Positions 43,153-52,778 of a DNA stretch of 64,000 nucleotides are shown piece after piece. The position numbers and the translations under genes are program-made. This stretch comes from an uncultured Acidobacteriaceae bacterium. GTDB taxonomy: Bacteria > Acidobacteriota > Terriglobia > Terriglobales > Acidobacteriaceae. Numbering within the stretch: position 1 is the first letter of the stretch; each line of letters starts with the position of its first letter. Location: the NCBI GenBank assembly GCA_963789425.1, contig CAWBKM010000006.1, positions 178,160 through 242,159 on the forward strand, read 5' to 3'. Below the pieces are notes generated by a model. That model searched no databases, was not told where the DNA came from, and saw nothing but the letters and a program-made list of their open reading frames with translations.

Positions 43153-44046
43153 GTGAACTGGACTTCCAACGCGGAAAAAATGCGTCCGGCGGTGATGGCC
43201 GGGGCAGTCCTGTTCCTATGCCTGATTGCTGTCGCAGCGCCCGGACAGCGCATTGAGGGTGGTGGCCGTGCCATGCGGCCGTTTCGCTATGCTCAGTTGC
43301 AGGCGCGGCAGAATCGTCAACAGAATCTTCGGCAGTATCGGAGTCAGCAGCGGTTTCAGAACCAACAGCGCCGCAATCAGAATCAGCAAAGGCCGAACCA
43401 ATCGCAACAGCGGCCTTACCAAAATCAGCAAAGACCTTACCAGCAGAGTCCGCAATATAACGGAGCGCAACCGCAAGTGCCCGCAGGCCCAGCATACGGC
43501 GGCAGGCCTGGTAATCCCGCGCCGAATTACACCCGCCCGGCGTATCCCGAAGCGAATCGCCCCGGAAACTTGGATCGAAACACGTATCCAAACATGTATC
43601 CAGGCGCCGCGCCTCCGGGACATTTAGGGGACTGGCTCAACCGGCATCAGGGTCTTCCCGCCCAGGACCAGGAACGATTGCTACGCAACGATCCCAGCTT
43701 CAACCGCCTGCCGCCAGCGACACAGCAGCGCCTGGTGCAGCAACTACACCAGTTGGATCAACTGCCCGAGGCGCAGCGCGAGCGCCGCCTGGCGCGCAGC
43801 GAGATGCTGGAGCACATGTCGCCGCAGGAACAAATGCAAGTGCGGCAAGCCGGGCGCGGCTTCATGGCGCTCCCACCCGATCGGCAGGCCGTGGTCAAGC
43901 GCGCGTTCCAGGATTTGCGCTCCGTGCCCCTCGATCAGCGCGCGACCGTGCTGAACTCGGCGCGCTACCAGAGCCAATTCAGCCCGGACGAGCGCGGTAT
44001 CCTCACCAACCTGTTGCGCGCGGAGCCCTACGAACCACCGCGGTAA
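43153..44046 (+). CDS. DUF3106-like secreted/periplasmic helical-repeat protein with Q/N/R/P-rich N-terminal region
   Basis: Signal-like hydrophobic N-terminus; repeats LPAQDQERL, LPPATQQRL, LPEAQRERRL, LPPDRQ; typical third gene of ECF/anti-sigma loci. Confidence 0.75.
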   Translation: MNWTSNAEKMRPAVMAGAVLFLCLIAVAAPGQRIEGGGRAMRPFRYAQLQARQNRQQNLRQYRSQQRFQNQQRRNQNQQRPNQSQQRPYQNQQRPYQQSPQYNGAQPQVPAGPAYGGRPGNPAPNYTRPAYPEANRPGNLDRNTYPNMYPGAAPPGHLGDWLNRHQGLPAQDQERLLRNDPSFNRLPPATQQRLVQQLHQLDQLPEAQRERRLARSEMLEHMSPQEQMQVRQAGRGFMALPPDRQAVVKRAFQDLRSVPLDQRATVLNSARYQSQFSPDERGILTNLLRAEPYEPPR

Positions 44047-44307
44047 TCTGCTTTCAGCACGCGCCGATGAACCGATACGACCACACGAGGAATTTCCACT
44101 TCATCACCTTCGGTTGTTTTCATCGCTTTCGCTATCTCGGCGGGTCGTGGGCGCGCAATCTGTTTGAATCGGTCTGTTGAGAACCCGACACCGCTGCCGA
44201 ATTGCCGTGGGGGGTTATGTCGTCATGCCTGGGCATGATGGGGCCGCATCCTCATCGGTCGGTCAATCGCTTCACGGCCTGTGCCCGGTTTCCATTCTCC
44301 CCAAAAG

Positions 44308-44336
44308 TTGACATGCAGCGCCTGAATGCCGATACT
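44308..44336 (+). promoter_or_regulatory. Sigma70 promoter of the large lipoprotein gene
   Basis: TTGACA-17-GATACT. Confidence 0.55.
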
Positions 44337-44394
44337 GCAGCCAGCGTAATCCAACAGCGTTTCTGGCCCTAAACCTAGAGGAGGTTACCCTCCC

Positions 44395-47300
44395 ATGCGA
44401 TCTGTCTCTGTTAGACTTCCTTCGTTTTTGGGTAAGGTTGTTGCCTTGCTCGCCGTGGCCATGCTGGCTGGGTATGTGTGCGGATGCGGCGGTGGCGGCG
44501 GAACAAGTGGCGGAGGAGGAGGAGGAGGAGGAGGCCAACCTCAGGATTTCAGCCTTTCAGTGTCTTCATCCAGCCTTGCGATCACGGGTGGCGGAAGCGC
44601 ATCGTTCAATGCTTCTGTGTCCGGCGTCAACGGATTTGCGTCGACAGTATCTCTTTCGATCAGCGGCCTACCCGCCGGCGTGACCGCCTCGCCCGCGAAT
44701 CTGCTGGTCACGCCGGGAACTCCGCTGCAGATCACTTTGACTGCCGCTGCTACGGTGGCTGCTACTTCCGCTAGCCTGACGGTGAGCGGAGTCTCGGGCA
44801 CTCTGAGTCACAGTGCCCAGCTGAGCCTCACGGTGAATGCGTTGGCCGGCAGCCCTCTAATCTCGCGTACTCGCTATGTACGGACTGACTCCGTTACGGA
44901 ATATCCCTATTGGGAGAATCAAAACTGGATCGTGTTCGATCCGGGTACCAAGCGGTTCTTCGTGGCCGATCCCAGCGGCAACCAGGTGGTCGTGATGGAT
45001 GCCACGAAGAGACGAAGGTCGCATCGATTCCGGTCCCGGGAGCGTTCACAATCGACGAAACGCCCGACCATACTCTGATCTATTCCGGAACACAGGTCGG
45101 CGATGTTTATGCGATCGATCCCGTCCAGATGGTCGTGAAACACCGGTACCTTGCTGCGCAAATCGGCCCATACGGTTACGCGGCCAATGAAGTGCGGGTT
45201 CTTGCCAACGGAGAACTCGCGCTTCTGGGCGGACAAGGCGGCTTTCAGAGTGTCGATGGATACAGCAGCCTCGCCATCTGGAACCCAGCCGACAACTCGA
45301 TCGTAGTGTATTCGAGCGCCGCAGGAGTGACCGAGCCAAACTACGTGCAACCTAACCCCGTTACGAACATCGTGGTTTTCACGTTGATGAGCAACCGGTC
45401 GCTGATCGTGGAACAAGGCCACAACGGCGTCATATGCACCATCGATCCAGCAGCCGGAATCCAGAATGTGTTCACTTCCTCATACGGTCCCATTTTCCCT
45501 ACGCCCGACGGGAAATCGTTTCTTACGACGGAATCGATCAACTCCGTGAAGTTTCTCCTCGTTCTTGACTCCAAGACGCTGAGTGAAGTCAGTCGCTTTC
45601 CGGTGGATGGTGACATAGGTGGCGATCAGTCGATTCTCGTCAGCCAGGATTCCAAGACGTTGTATATGTCGAGCGCCAGCATCATCTACGCTTACGATTT
45701 AGCCACCGGCAAATTAATCGGCTGGACGCCCAATCTGAATGTTCAGCCCCTCTCCGGGGGTCTGGACGCAGGCGCCGTTAGCGGTCCCCAGCTGCAGGCT
45801 ATTGACGGCACGGGGTTGATCGCCGGCCCAATGGAAGAGGGAGTGGGCTTTATCGACACCTCAGCCTTGCAGGTCGGCCCCGTAGGCACGCAGTTCACGA
45901 ACGCGTATATCACACCGGCTACCGGTCCCGCGTCCGGCGGCACTAATGTCGAGTGGGACCTCTATGTCTCTGGTATTCCCGCCGCAGTATTTTTCGGCTC
46001 CAATCTGGCGACGGACGTCGGGATCTCAGGTAACATGTTCACCGCAATCACACCGGCCGGCTCTCCGGGCCCCGTCGATGTTTACACGCTGATGGGCGAT
46101 GGCGGAGAACAAATTGTATCGGAGGGTTACAGTTACGGGCCAACGATCCTCGAGGCCACACCTGATTCATCAACCCCCGATGGCGGCGGCACAGGGATTG
46201 TTTATGGTTACGGATTCGGGCCCTCCCACGCCGATGCCAACGCACCGATTCCAACCGACCTTGCAATCACCGTCGGCGGTGAGCCCGCAACGGTAACCGC
46301 CTATACCAGCGATGCTTACGGGATCGTGGGCCCGCCTTTTCCACTCGTAGCATTCGCCTATACGATTCCCCCTGGGACCGCCGGATCCTCGGCAGACATC
46401 AAGGTCACGACGAAGTCGGGCTCCACGACTCTCTCCGGAGGCTTGCATTACCTGCCTTCGGCCGCACAAAAGTTCCCGCTCACTGGCGCGGTGCTTGCAC
46501 AGGGGATCTACGATGCCAAACGCGACCTGTATTACTTTACGGATGCCGCCGAGATCCAGGTTTTCTCGCGCAGCAGCGGTCAATGGCAGACGCCGATCGC
46601 TGTTCCGGCGGCGCCTGCCGGGGCGACACATCGGCTTTGGGGCATCGCTCTCTCGCCCGACGGAAGCAAGCTGGCCGTCGCCGATTCCGGCGCCGGGATC
46701 ATCTACGTGATCGACCCGGACTCACCAAGTTCGGCGCAATCGTTTTCGATGCCAACCAATTGCACTTCAGGTCAATGTTCCTTCCCGACCGGCGGATATC
46801 CCATTCCTCCGTACGGAGTTGCCATCAGCGACAGCGGGATCGTTTACATTGCCGGAGGCGGTTTCCTCAAGCTCGATACTACCTCCGGCACTTTCACTGA
46901 GTATGGAATCACCGCCGATGGCGACGCAGACCTTCGCGACGCGATCAGCAGCGACAATACGCATGTGTTTTTCAACGATTCCGGACAGTCCTTCAGCGTT
47001 GATACGGCAACCGACTCGATTTTGTCTCCAAGTATCAGTCTGGGTTATGACGGCGATTACGACCTGAGCCTTTCCAGCAACCAAACCAGGTTTACAGCGG
47101 GTAGTTACCTCTACGATTCCAATCTCAATCTGCAGTCATATCTAACGCTGAACGACCGTGAGATAGCCAACATTTCCTATGTCTATGGAGTGAAATTAAG
47201 TCCGGACGGAACTCTGGTTTTTCAACCCTCAACAGCGGGCATCGATGTCTTTGACGGCAGGATAGGCACCCTGCGCACAAGGATCGCCTTGCCGTTCGCT

Positions 47301-47603
47301 CTCTCGCAGAACTACGACGCGCTGGTCAGCGATGGTAAAGATAATGTGCTGGTGGCCATTATCGATACCACCGGCGATGGCATTGCCGTTATCGACCTGA
47401 GCAGCCTGAGCGAACCCGCCCCTCTTCCTTATGCGAGTGAAAAAACATCGACGTCAGATGACTGGCGTCGGGACACGGCACATGCGCCGGGTGCGCGTTC
47501 GTTGCAAAATGACAAGCCCTCGCCTGCGCCACTGGCCGTTCCACTCTCGCGAGTTCCGCATGCTACGCGTTCGACCCTGCTGCGACGACAGCCGAAATCG
47601 TAG
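44395..47603 (+). pseudogene. Large surface lipoprotein (Ig-like, beta-propeller, IPT/TIG, beta-propeller) split by a 1-nt deletion near 45009
   Basis: ORF 44395 has a VCGC lipobox, poly-Gly and Ig-like segment up to VVVMDATK; the other frame continues ETKVASIPVPGA; adding one G (AAG GAG) gives a single ORF of about 1069 aa. Confidence 0.8.
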
Positions 47604-47825
47604 TGTTTGGCAGCGAATCGACACCAGGAAGCTGATGTTTTCGCATCCCGCTTTGGCATTCCTGGGGGGTTGCGTAGCGCGGTAATTGGACAACTCTTTG
47701 CCTGAGAATCCGAGGATGGAATCTTGCGAAAGACGGGAATCCGGAGAGTCGGGACATTTCGGCGTTTCCGCGACACAATCGATTCAACGGCTTATCTGTT
47801 ATCAGATCGGTAAACACGCGACAGG

Positions 47826-48761
47826 CTACGCTGCATGGCTCCGGAAAAACCCGAGAGACTTCTTCAGGCCTTCTGTCAATCCGATGCGCGGTTCCCAGCC
47901 CAGCAGCGTGCGAACCTTCGTAATGTCGGGACGGCGGCGCGCGGGATCGTCGACGGGCAGCTCGACGTAGCTCAACTCGCTCTTCGATGCCGTGACTTCC
48001 AGAACAGCATTGGCACACTCCAGGATCGTGTACTCGTCGGGATTGCCGAGATTGACGGGGAGATGTTCTTCGCTGCGCGACAAGCGGACGATCCCTTCGA
48101 TCAAATCGTCGACATAGCAAAAGCTGCGCGTCTGGCTTCCATCGCCGTAAATCGTCAGCGGCTCGCCGCGCAGGGCCTGCATCATAAAGTTCGAAATAAC
48201 CCGGCCATCGCCCGGGTGCAGGCGCGGGCCATAGGTGTTGAAGATGCGCACCATCCGCGAATTCACGCCGCGCGAGCGGTGGTAAGCCATCACCATGGCT
48301 TCGCCAAAGCGCTTGGCTTCGTCGTACACCGAGCGGGGCCCCACCGGATTTACATTGCCCCAGTAGCTTTCCGATTGCGGATGCTCCAGAGGGTCGCCGT
48401 AGCACTCCGAGGTGGAAGCGTGAAGAAATTCCGCGCCATACTTTGCTGCAATCTGTAGTGTGTTCTCAACTCCCAACGAGCCAACGCGGAGCGTTTCAAT
48501 GCCGAGGCGTAGATATTCCGGGGGGCTTGCCGGCGACGCCAGATTGAAAACATAGTCAACGTGCCCCGGATCGAAGCTCGCGCAAATGTCCCGTTGCTCA
48601 AAACGGAAGCGGGAATCGTTGGCCAAATGCGCAAGGTTATCGGCATCGCCCGTGCTGAGGTTGTCGACGCCGATGACCAGGTAGCCTTCGCCGAGCAGGC
48701 GATCGGTGAGGTGAGAACCAAGAAACCCGGCAGCGCCGGTTACGAGTGCGGACTTGGTCAA
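47826..48761 (-). CDS. UDP-glucuronate decarboxylase family (extended SDR, UXS-like)
   Basis: TTG 48761 with GGAGG RBS; VTGAAGFLGSHL, ASPASP, ASTSECYGDP, YDEAKR, RIFNTYGP, TRSFCYVDD. Confidence 0.92.
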   Translation of the reverse strand: MTKSALVTGAAGFLGSHLTDRLLGEGYLVIGVDNLSTGDADNLAHLANDSRFRFEQRDICASFDPGHVDYVFNLASPASPPEYLRLGIETLRVGSLGVENTLQIAAKYGAEFLHASTSECYGDPLEHPQSESYWGNVNPVGPRSVYDEAKRFGEAMVMAYHRSRGVNSRMVRIFNTYGPRLHPGDGRVISNFMMQALRGEPLTIYGDGSQTRSFCYVDDLIEGIVRLSRSEEHLPVNLGNPDEYTILECANAVLEVTASKSELSYVELPVDDPARRRPDITKVRTLLGWEPRIGLTEGLKKSLGFFRSHAA

Positions 48762-48812
48762 ATCTTGGTCCTCCAGAAATGACAGCTCAAAGCTTATGTC
48801 GGGGTTAAGAGG

Positions 48813-49004
48813 GGTTGCGGAGAAAGTCTCCGATCTTGTCAATGCTCGCCAGAAGCATCCCTCGGGGGCTAAAGCCCTACGCTTTTTTCTGCCTCTATCG
48901 GCGTGACTAAAGTCATGCCCTGATACAAAGCTTCCTGGCAATCGAGTTTTTCCGCGGCTGTAAAACTCCGACCTACCGCTCGTGCGAGTTTTTCCGCAGC
49001 CTGT
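48813..49004. mobile_element. MITE/REPIN-like element (family D), copy 2, between ugd and the UXS-like gene
   Basis: GGTTGCGGAGAAAGTC versus reverse complement of GAGTTTTTCCGCAGCC (13/16); internal GGGGCTAAAGCCC and GGCGTGACTAAAGTCATGCCCTGATACAAA. Confidence 0.55.
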
Positions 49005-49033
49005 GAAGCCCGATCCTGTGCGGGAGAAACTCC

Positions 49034-50449
49034 TCACGCCGGCGATTTGCGTGGCTTGCCTTCCTGCGCCTGGTAGCTCGCCTGCCTGCCCACGCTTACA
49101 TAGGTAAAGCCGCTGCGCTGCATGTCTTGCGGCTTATACAGATTGCGGCCATCGATTACGATGGGGAAACGCAGGGCCCGATTTAATCGCGCCAGATCGA
49201 TCGCGGCAAATTCCTTCCAATCCGTCAGGATCAGCGCAGCATCGGCATCCTGCGCCGCCTGGTACATATCGTCCGCATACTTCATATTCGCGGAGGGCGG
49301 CAGTGCCTCTTTCGCGCGCTCCATCGCCGCGGGATCGTAAGCCGTTACCGTAGCGCCCGCTTGCAGCAGTTGCTTGACGATCGCAATCGCGGGTGAATCG
49401 CGGATATCGTCGGTATCACCCTTGAAGGCCAGGCCCAGCGCCGCCAACCGCTTTCCGCGAAGCGTCCAAAGCGCCGATCGCACCTTGTTGAAGAACACAT
49501 CGCGTTGTGTGTCGTTGATTTTGCGGACTTCTTCAAGCAGTTGAAGATTGACGCCCCGTTCCTGCGCCACCCAGTGGAATGCGGCCACATCCTTGGGGAA
49601 GCACGAACCGCCATATCCGAGTCCTGCGCGCAAAAATTTGGGACCAATGCGGCTATCCAGTCCGATGCCCGCGGCAATATCCTCGATGTCCGCATCCACG
49701 GCTTCTGCCAGGTTCGCGACCGCGTTAATGAAGGAGATCTTCATGGCGAGAAACGCATTTGAGGCGTGCTTGATGATTTCCGCGCTCTGCGTCGACGTCA
49801 CCAGCAGCCGCGCGGGCTGCGCTTTGCTGCATGCTCCGGGCACAGCTCCCGGCTGTGTGTAGTAGGCGCCGCCGGTGATTGGCTCATAGATCCGCCGCAA
49901 CATCTCCGCCGCGCGCTCATTGCCTGCCCCCACGACGATCCGGTCGGGATGTAGAAAATCCACCACCGCGGTGCCTTCACGCAGAAATTCCGGATTGGAG
50001 ACGACATCGAATTGCTCCTGAGCGACTCCGTGTCGATGCAGCACGCGGCGTATCCAGTCGTTGGTGTAAACCGGAACGGTACTCTTCTCCACGATCACCT
50101 TGTAGCTTTTTATGGCACGCGCAATCTCTGCCACCACGGCCTCGACATACGACAGGTCCGCGGCGCCGCCATCGCCCTGCGGAGTGCCCACGGCGATGAA
50201 GACTGCCTCGCTCTGCTCAACGGCCTCGGCCAGTTGAGATGTGAACACAACCTTGCTGCCGCGGTGCTTTGCCAAGAGCTTGGGCAAATGTTCCTCAAAG
50301 ATGGGCACACCGCCATCGCAGAGCAGCTTTACCCTCACCTCATCGTTGTCGACGCAGACGACCTTGTGACCCATGTCCGCAAAACAGGCTGCCGCAACCA
50401 GCCCAACGTATCCGGACCCGATCACGCAAATTGAGACTTGCTCCGACAT
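49034..50449 (-). CDS. ugd: UDP-glucose 6-dehydrogenase
   Basis: IGSGYVGL, AVGTP, EKSTVP, SNPEFLREG, KHASNAFLAMKISFIN, GYGGSCFPKD, FKGDTDDIRDS, DGRN. Confidence 0.95.
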   Translation of the reverse strand: MSEQVSICVIGSGYVGLVAAACFADMGHKVVCVDNDEVRVKLLCDGGVPIFEEHLPKLLAKHRGSKVVFTSQLAEAVEQSEAVFIAVGTPQGDGGAADLSYVEAVVAEIARAIKSYKVIVEKSTVPVYTNDWIRRVLHRHGVAQEQFDVVSNPEFLREGTAVVDFLHPDRIVVGAGNERAAEMLRRIYEPITGGAYYTQPGAVPGACSKAQPARLLVTSTQSAEIIKHASNAFLAMKISFINAVANLAEAVDADIEDIAAGIGLDSRIGPKFLRAGLGYGGSCFPKDVAAFHWVAQERGVNLQLLEEVRKINDTQRDVFFNKVRSALWTLRGKRLAALGLAFKGDTDDIRDSPAIAIVKQLLQAGATVTAYDPAAMERAKEALPPSANMKYADDMYQAAQDADAALILTDWKEFAAIDLARLNRALRFPIVIDGRNLYKPQDMQRSGFTYVSVGRQASYQAQEGKPRKSPA

Positions 50450-50792
50450 CCGTTCCCCGCTTTCCTTAGCCGCGTTTCATAGGCGCCGTGATCGACGTAT
50501 GCCGTTCCCTCTTTTGCCCGCTCGTGAAACCGGCAATTCAGCGATAGCGCCAGCCAATCATCGGCACACCGACATTCTATCTTGCTGCTTATCCACCGGT
50601 TGTGACGCTTTCGTTGGACTCGTATCTTCCTAGCTACCGCTCGTTGCTTACGCATGGCGGACACAGTCCCAGAGCTTTCTCCAATCGCCCCAATGGCACG
50701 ATCAACTCCCTCCCCTCGGCTACAATTAGATGTAGGCCAAAGGTCATATTCTTTGCGCATTGCGCGCATTTAAGCAAGGAGTTCGAACCTCT

Positions 50793-51353
50793 ATGGCGAT
50801 TCCCGCCACTCAACTACGCCCGGGCATGATCATCAAGCATAACGACCAGCTTCACGTGGTTTTCAAGGTCGAGCACCGTACGCCGGGCAATCTTCGCGCC
50901 TTCATTCAAGCCAAGCTGCGCAACCTCAAATCGGGCGCAATGTTCGAGCATCGTTTCCGTTCCGCCGACGCCATCGAAAAGGTTGTCGTTGACGAGATTC
51001 CCATGGATTTTCTCTACGCCGACGGCGATGACTACTATTTCATGAACCCGCAAGACTACGAGCAAACAGTTCTGAAGAGCGCTACGCTCGGCGACGCTGT
51101 CGAGTACCTAACTGCCAACCTGCAAATCAAGGTGAGTTACTTTGACGGGCAGCCGGTGGGAATTGAGCTGCCGCAGACTGTAGACCTCGAAGTCGTCGAA
51201 ACTGAGCCGGGCTTGAAGTCGGCAACTGCCTCAAGCGTCACAAAGCCGGCCAAGACCGAAACCGGCCTCGTAGTCCAGGTGCCGGCCTTCATCAACGCGG
51301 GCGAAAAGATTCGCGTGGACACCAGCGAAGGCGCGTACTTGAGCCGCGCGTAG
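50793..51353 (+). CDS. efp: Translation elongation factor P
   Basis: HRTPGNLRAF loop (Arg-containing PGNL type), FMNPQDYEQ, ETEPG, KPAKTETG, VPAFI. Confidence 0.96.
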   Translation: MAIPATQLRPGMIIKHNDQLHVVFKVEHRTPGNLRAFIQAKLRNLKSGAMFEHRFRSADAIEKVVVDEIPMDFLYADGDDYYFMNPQDYEQTVLKSATLGDAVEYLTANLQIKVSYFDGQPVGIELPQTVDLEVVETEPGLKSATASSVTKPAKTETGLVVQVPAFINAGEKIRVDTSEGAYLSRA

Positions 51354-51368
51354 CATTGAGTCGAGATT

Positions 51369-51782
51369 ATGAACCGCGCCGATTTTCAGGAAATCGCGGA
51401 GGTCCGACTTCGGGAGTCTAAGGCCTTGCTGGCCGCAGGATTCTCGACAGGTGCATACTATCTGGCAGGGTATGCTGTTGAATGCGCACTGAAGGCTTGC
51501 ATCGCGAAAAGAACACAGGAACACGACTTTCCCGAGAAAGAGTCCAGAAACTACTACAGCCACGACCTTGAGGGGCTCCTTGGATTTGCCAAGTTGAGGA
51601 TCGAGCTCGACCAAAGTTTGCAGGCTAACGCGGCGATGAGAACGAATTGGATCATTGTGCAGGATTGGTCGGAGGAAAGCCGTTACGACAGGAACAAGAC
51701 CGATCAGGAAGCGGCAGAACTGCTCAAGGCGATTGAAGATCAAGCAGGAGGATTACTCCCATGGCTCCGGCAGCGTTGGTAA
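51369..51782 (+). CDS. HEPN-domain protein, putative RNase toxin
   Basis: AYYLAGYAVECALKA helix; R60-NYYS-H65 (RX4H); WSEESRY. Confidence 0.8.
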   Translation: MNRADFQEIAEVRLRESKALLAAGFSTGAYYLAGYAVECALKACIAKRTQEHDFPEKESRNYYSHDLEGLLGFAKLRIELDQSLQANAAMRTNWIIVQDWSEESRYDRNKTDQEAAELLKAIEDQAGGLLPWLRQRW

Positions 51783-52144
51783 GCTTCGACATTGAAAACG
51801 GGAAGAAAGCGGTCGACGCCCTGGATGAGGCCGGCAAGAATCCCGCGGTGGCCCTTTGGGCCAAGTTGCCGGACTACGAGAATTGGCGGCTCGTGATTGC
51901 CTCCGACCGTCTTAATCAGAAGTCCCAGTTTTCGGGATACTCAGAAATAAATGAGGCGCTGGCGAAGGCCGGGATCCCGAGCCACAAGCAGCCTGCAATT
52001 TACTTGCGGCCGATGGACAGTCCGCTCATTCAAGCCCTGCGCCGCATTTTTTCTTCGACGAAGGATACATATGGTATGCGTCTTGGGGGCCAGACCTTCG
52101 GCGACAAGTATCTGGAGGATGCTTTCGTCTACCGGATTCGGTAA
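51761..52144 (+). CDS. Hypothetical HEPN partner protein, putative antitoxin
   Basis: AGGAGG 9 nt before ATG; 22-nt overlap with the HEPN gene; no canonical GS..DxD NTase motif. Confidence 0.65.
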   Translation: MAPAALVSFDIENGKKAVDALDEAGKNPAVALWAKLPDYENWRLVIASDRLNQKSQFSGYSEINEALAKAGIPSHKQPAIYLRPMDSPLIQALRRIFSSTKDTYGMRLGGQTFGDKYLEDAFVYRIR

Positions 52145-52185
52145 GTTGCTTGATTAACCGGAGCACACATCCATCAGGAGGTTCC

Positions 52186-52674
52186 ATGCCGGTCCCCGCA
52201 GTCATCGCCACCGCCGCTGAAAACTATCGCTTCAACTCCGATTTTCTGACCAGAACAGTCCAGGACCTGTCGCCCGAAGAATGGTTGAGTCGCCCTAACG
52301 AGAAGTCGAATCACATTGCGTGGATCGTGGGCCACGTAATCTGGGCGCGGAAGGCAGTGCTCAGCCGGCTGGGTGCGGAATGGTCGCAGCCCTGGCTTAG
52401 CTCCTTCGCGCGCGGAGTGAAGTGCAACGACGTTGCAGCTTTCCCATCGCCTGAAACGCTCCTGGACAACTGGCGCGAGATCTCAGCGGTGCTGGCGACC
52501 GCGCTCGATGGCGCGTCAGAAGCTGAATTGTCACAGCCCTCCACGCAGGGACCTCCGAGTGCCGACGGCAAGATCAGCGGGGTGGTCAACTTCCTCGCCA
52601 TCCATGAGACTTACCATGTAGGCCAGGCCTCGTATTTGCGCAGCTGGATGGGACACAAAGGCCTGATGGGATAA
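52186..52674 (+). CDS. DinB/YfiT-like protein
   Basis: NHIAWIVGHV, LAIHETYHVGQ; AGGAGG RBS. Confidence 0.85.
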   Translation: MPVPAVIATAAENYRFNSDFLTRTVQDLSPEEWLSRPNEKSNHIAWIVGHVIWARKAVLSRLGAEWSQPWLSSFARGVKCNDVAAFPSPETLLDNWREISAVLATALDGASEAELSQPSTQGPPSADGKISGVVNFLAIHETYHVGQASYLRSWMGHKGLMG

Positions 52675-52778
52675 TCGCGCGCCGGCACCTCGGCGGGCCA
52701 CGATTTTCGATGCAAGAAGAGCCCTGGGCTGCGTTCTGCGGTTAGCTGGTGGTCAACTCGCCGAGCGAGGAGGCTCAT

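Noticed and set aside
44512-44532. (GGA)7 as a phase-variation switch
   Set aside because: Triplet unit changes keep the frame; they only alter Gly-linker length.
47826-49037. 92-aa N-terminal extension on the UXS-like gene
   Set aside because: It runs through the family-D repeat; a GGAGG RBS supports TTG 48761.
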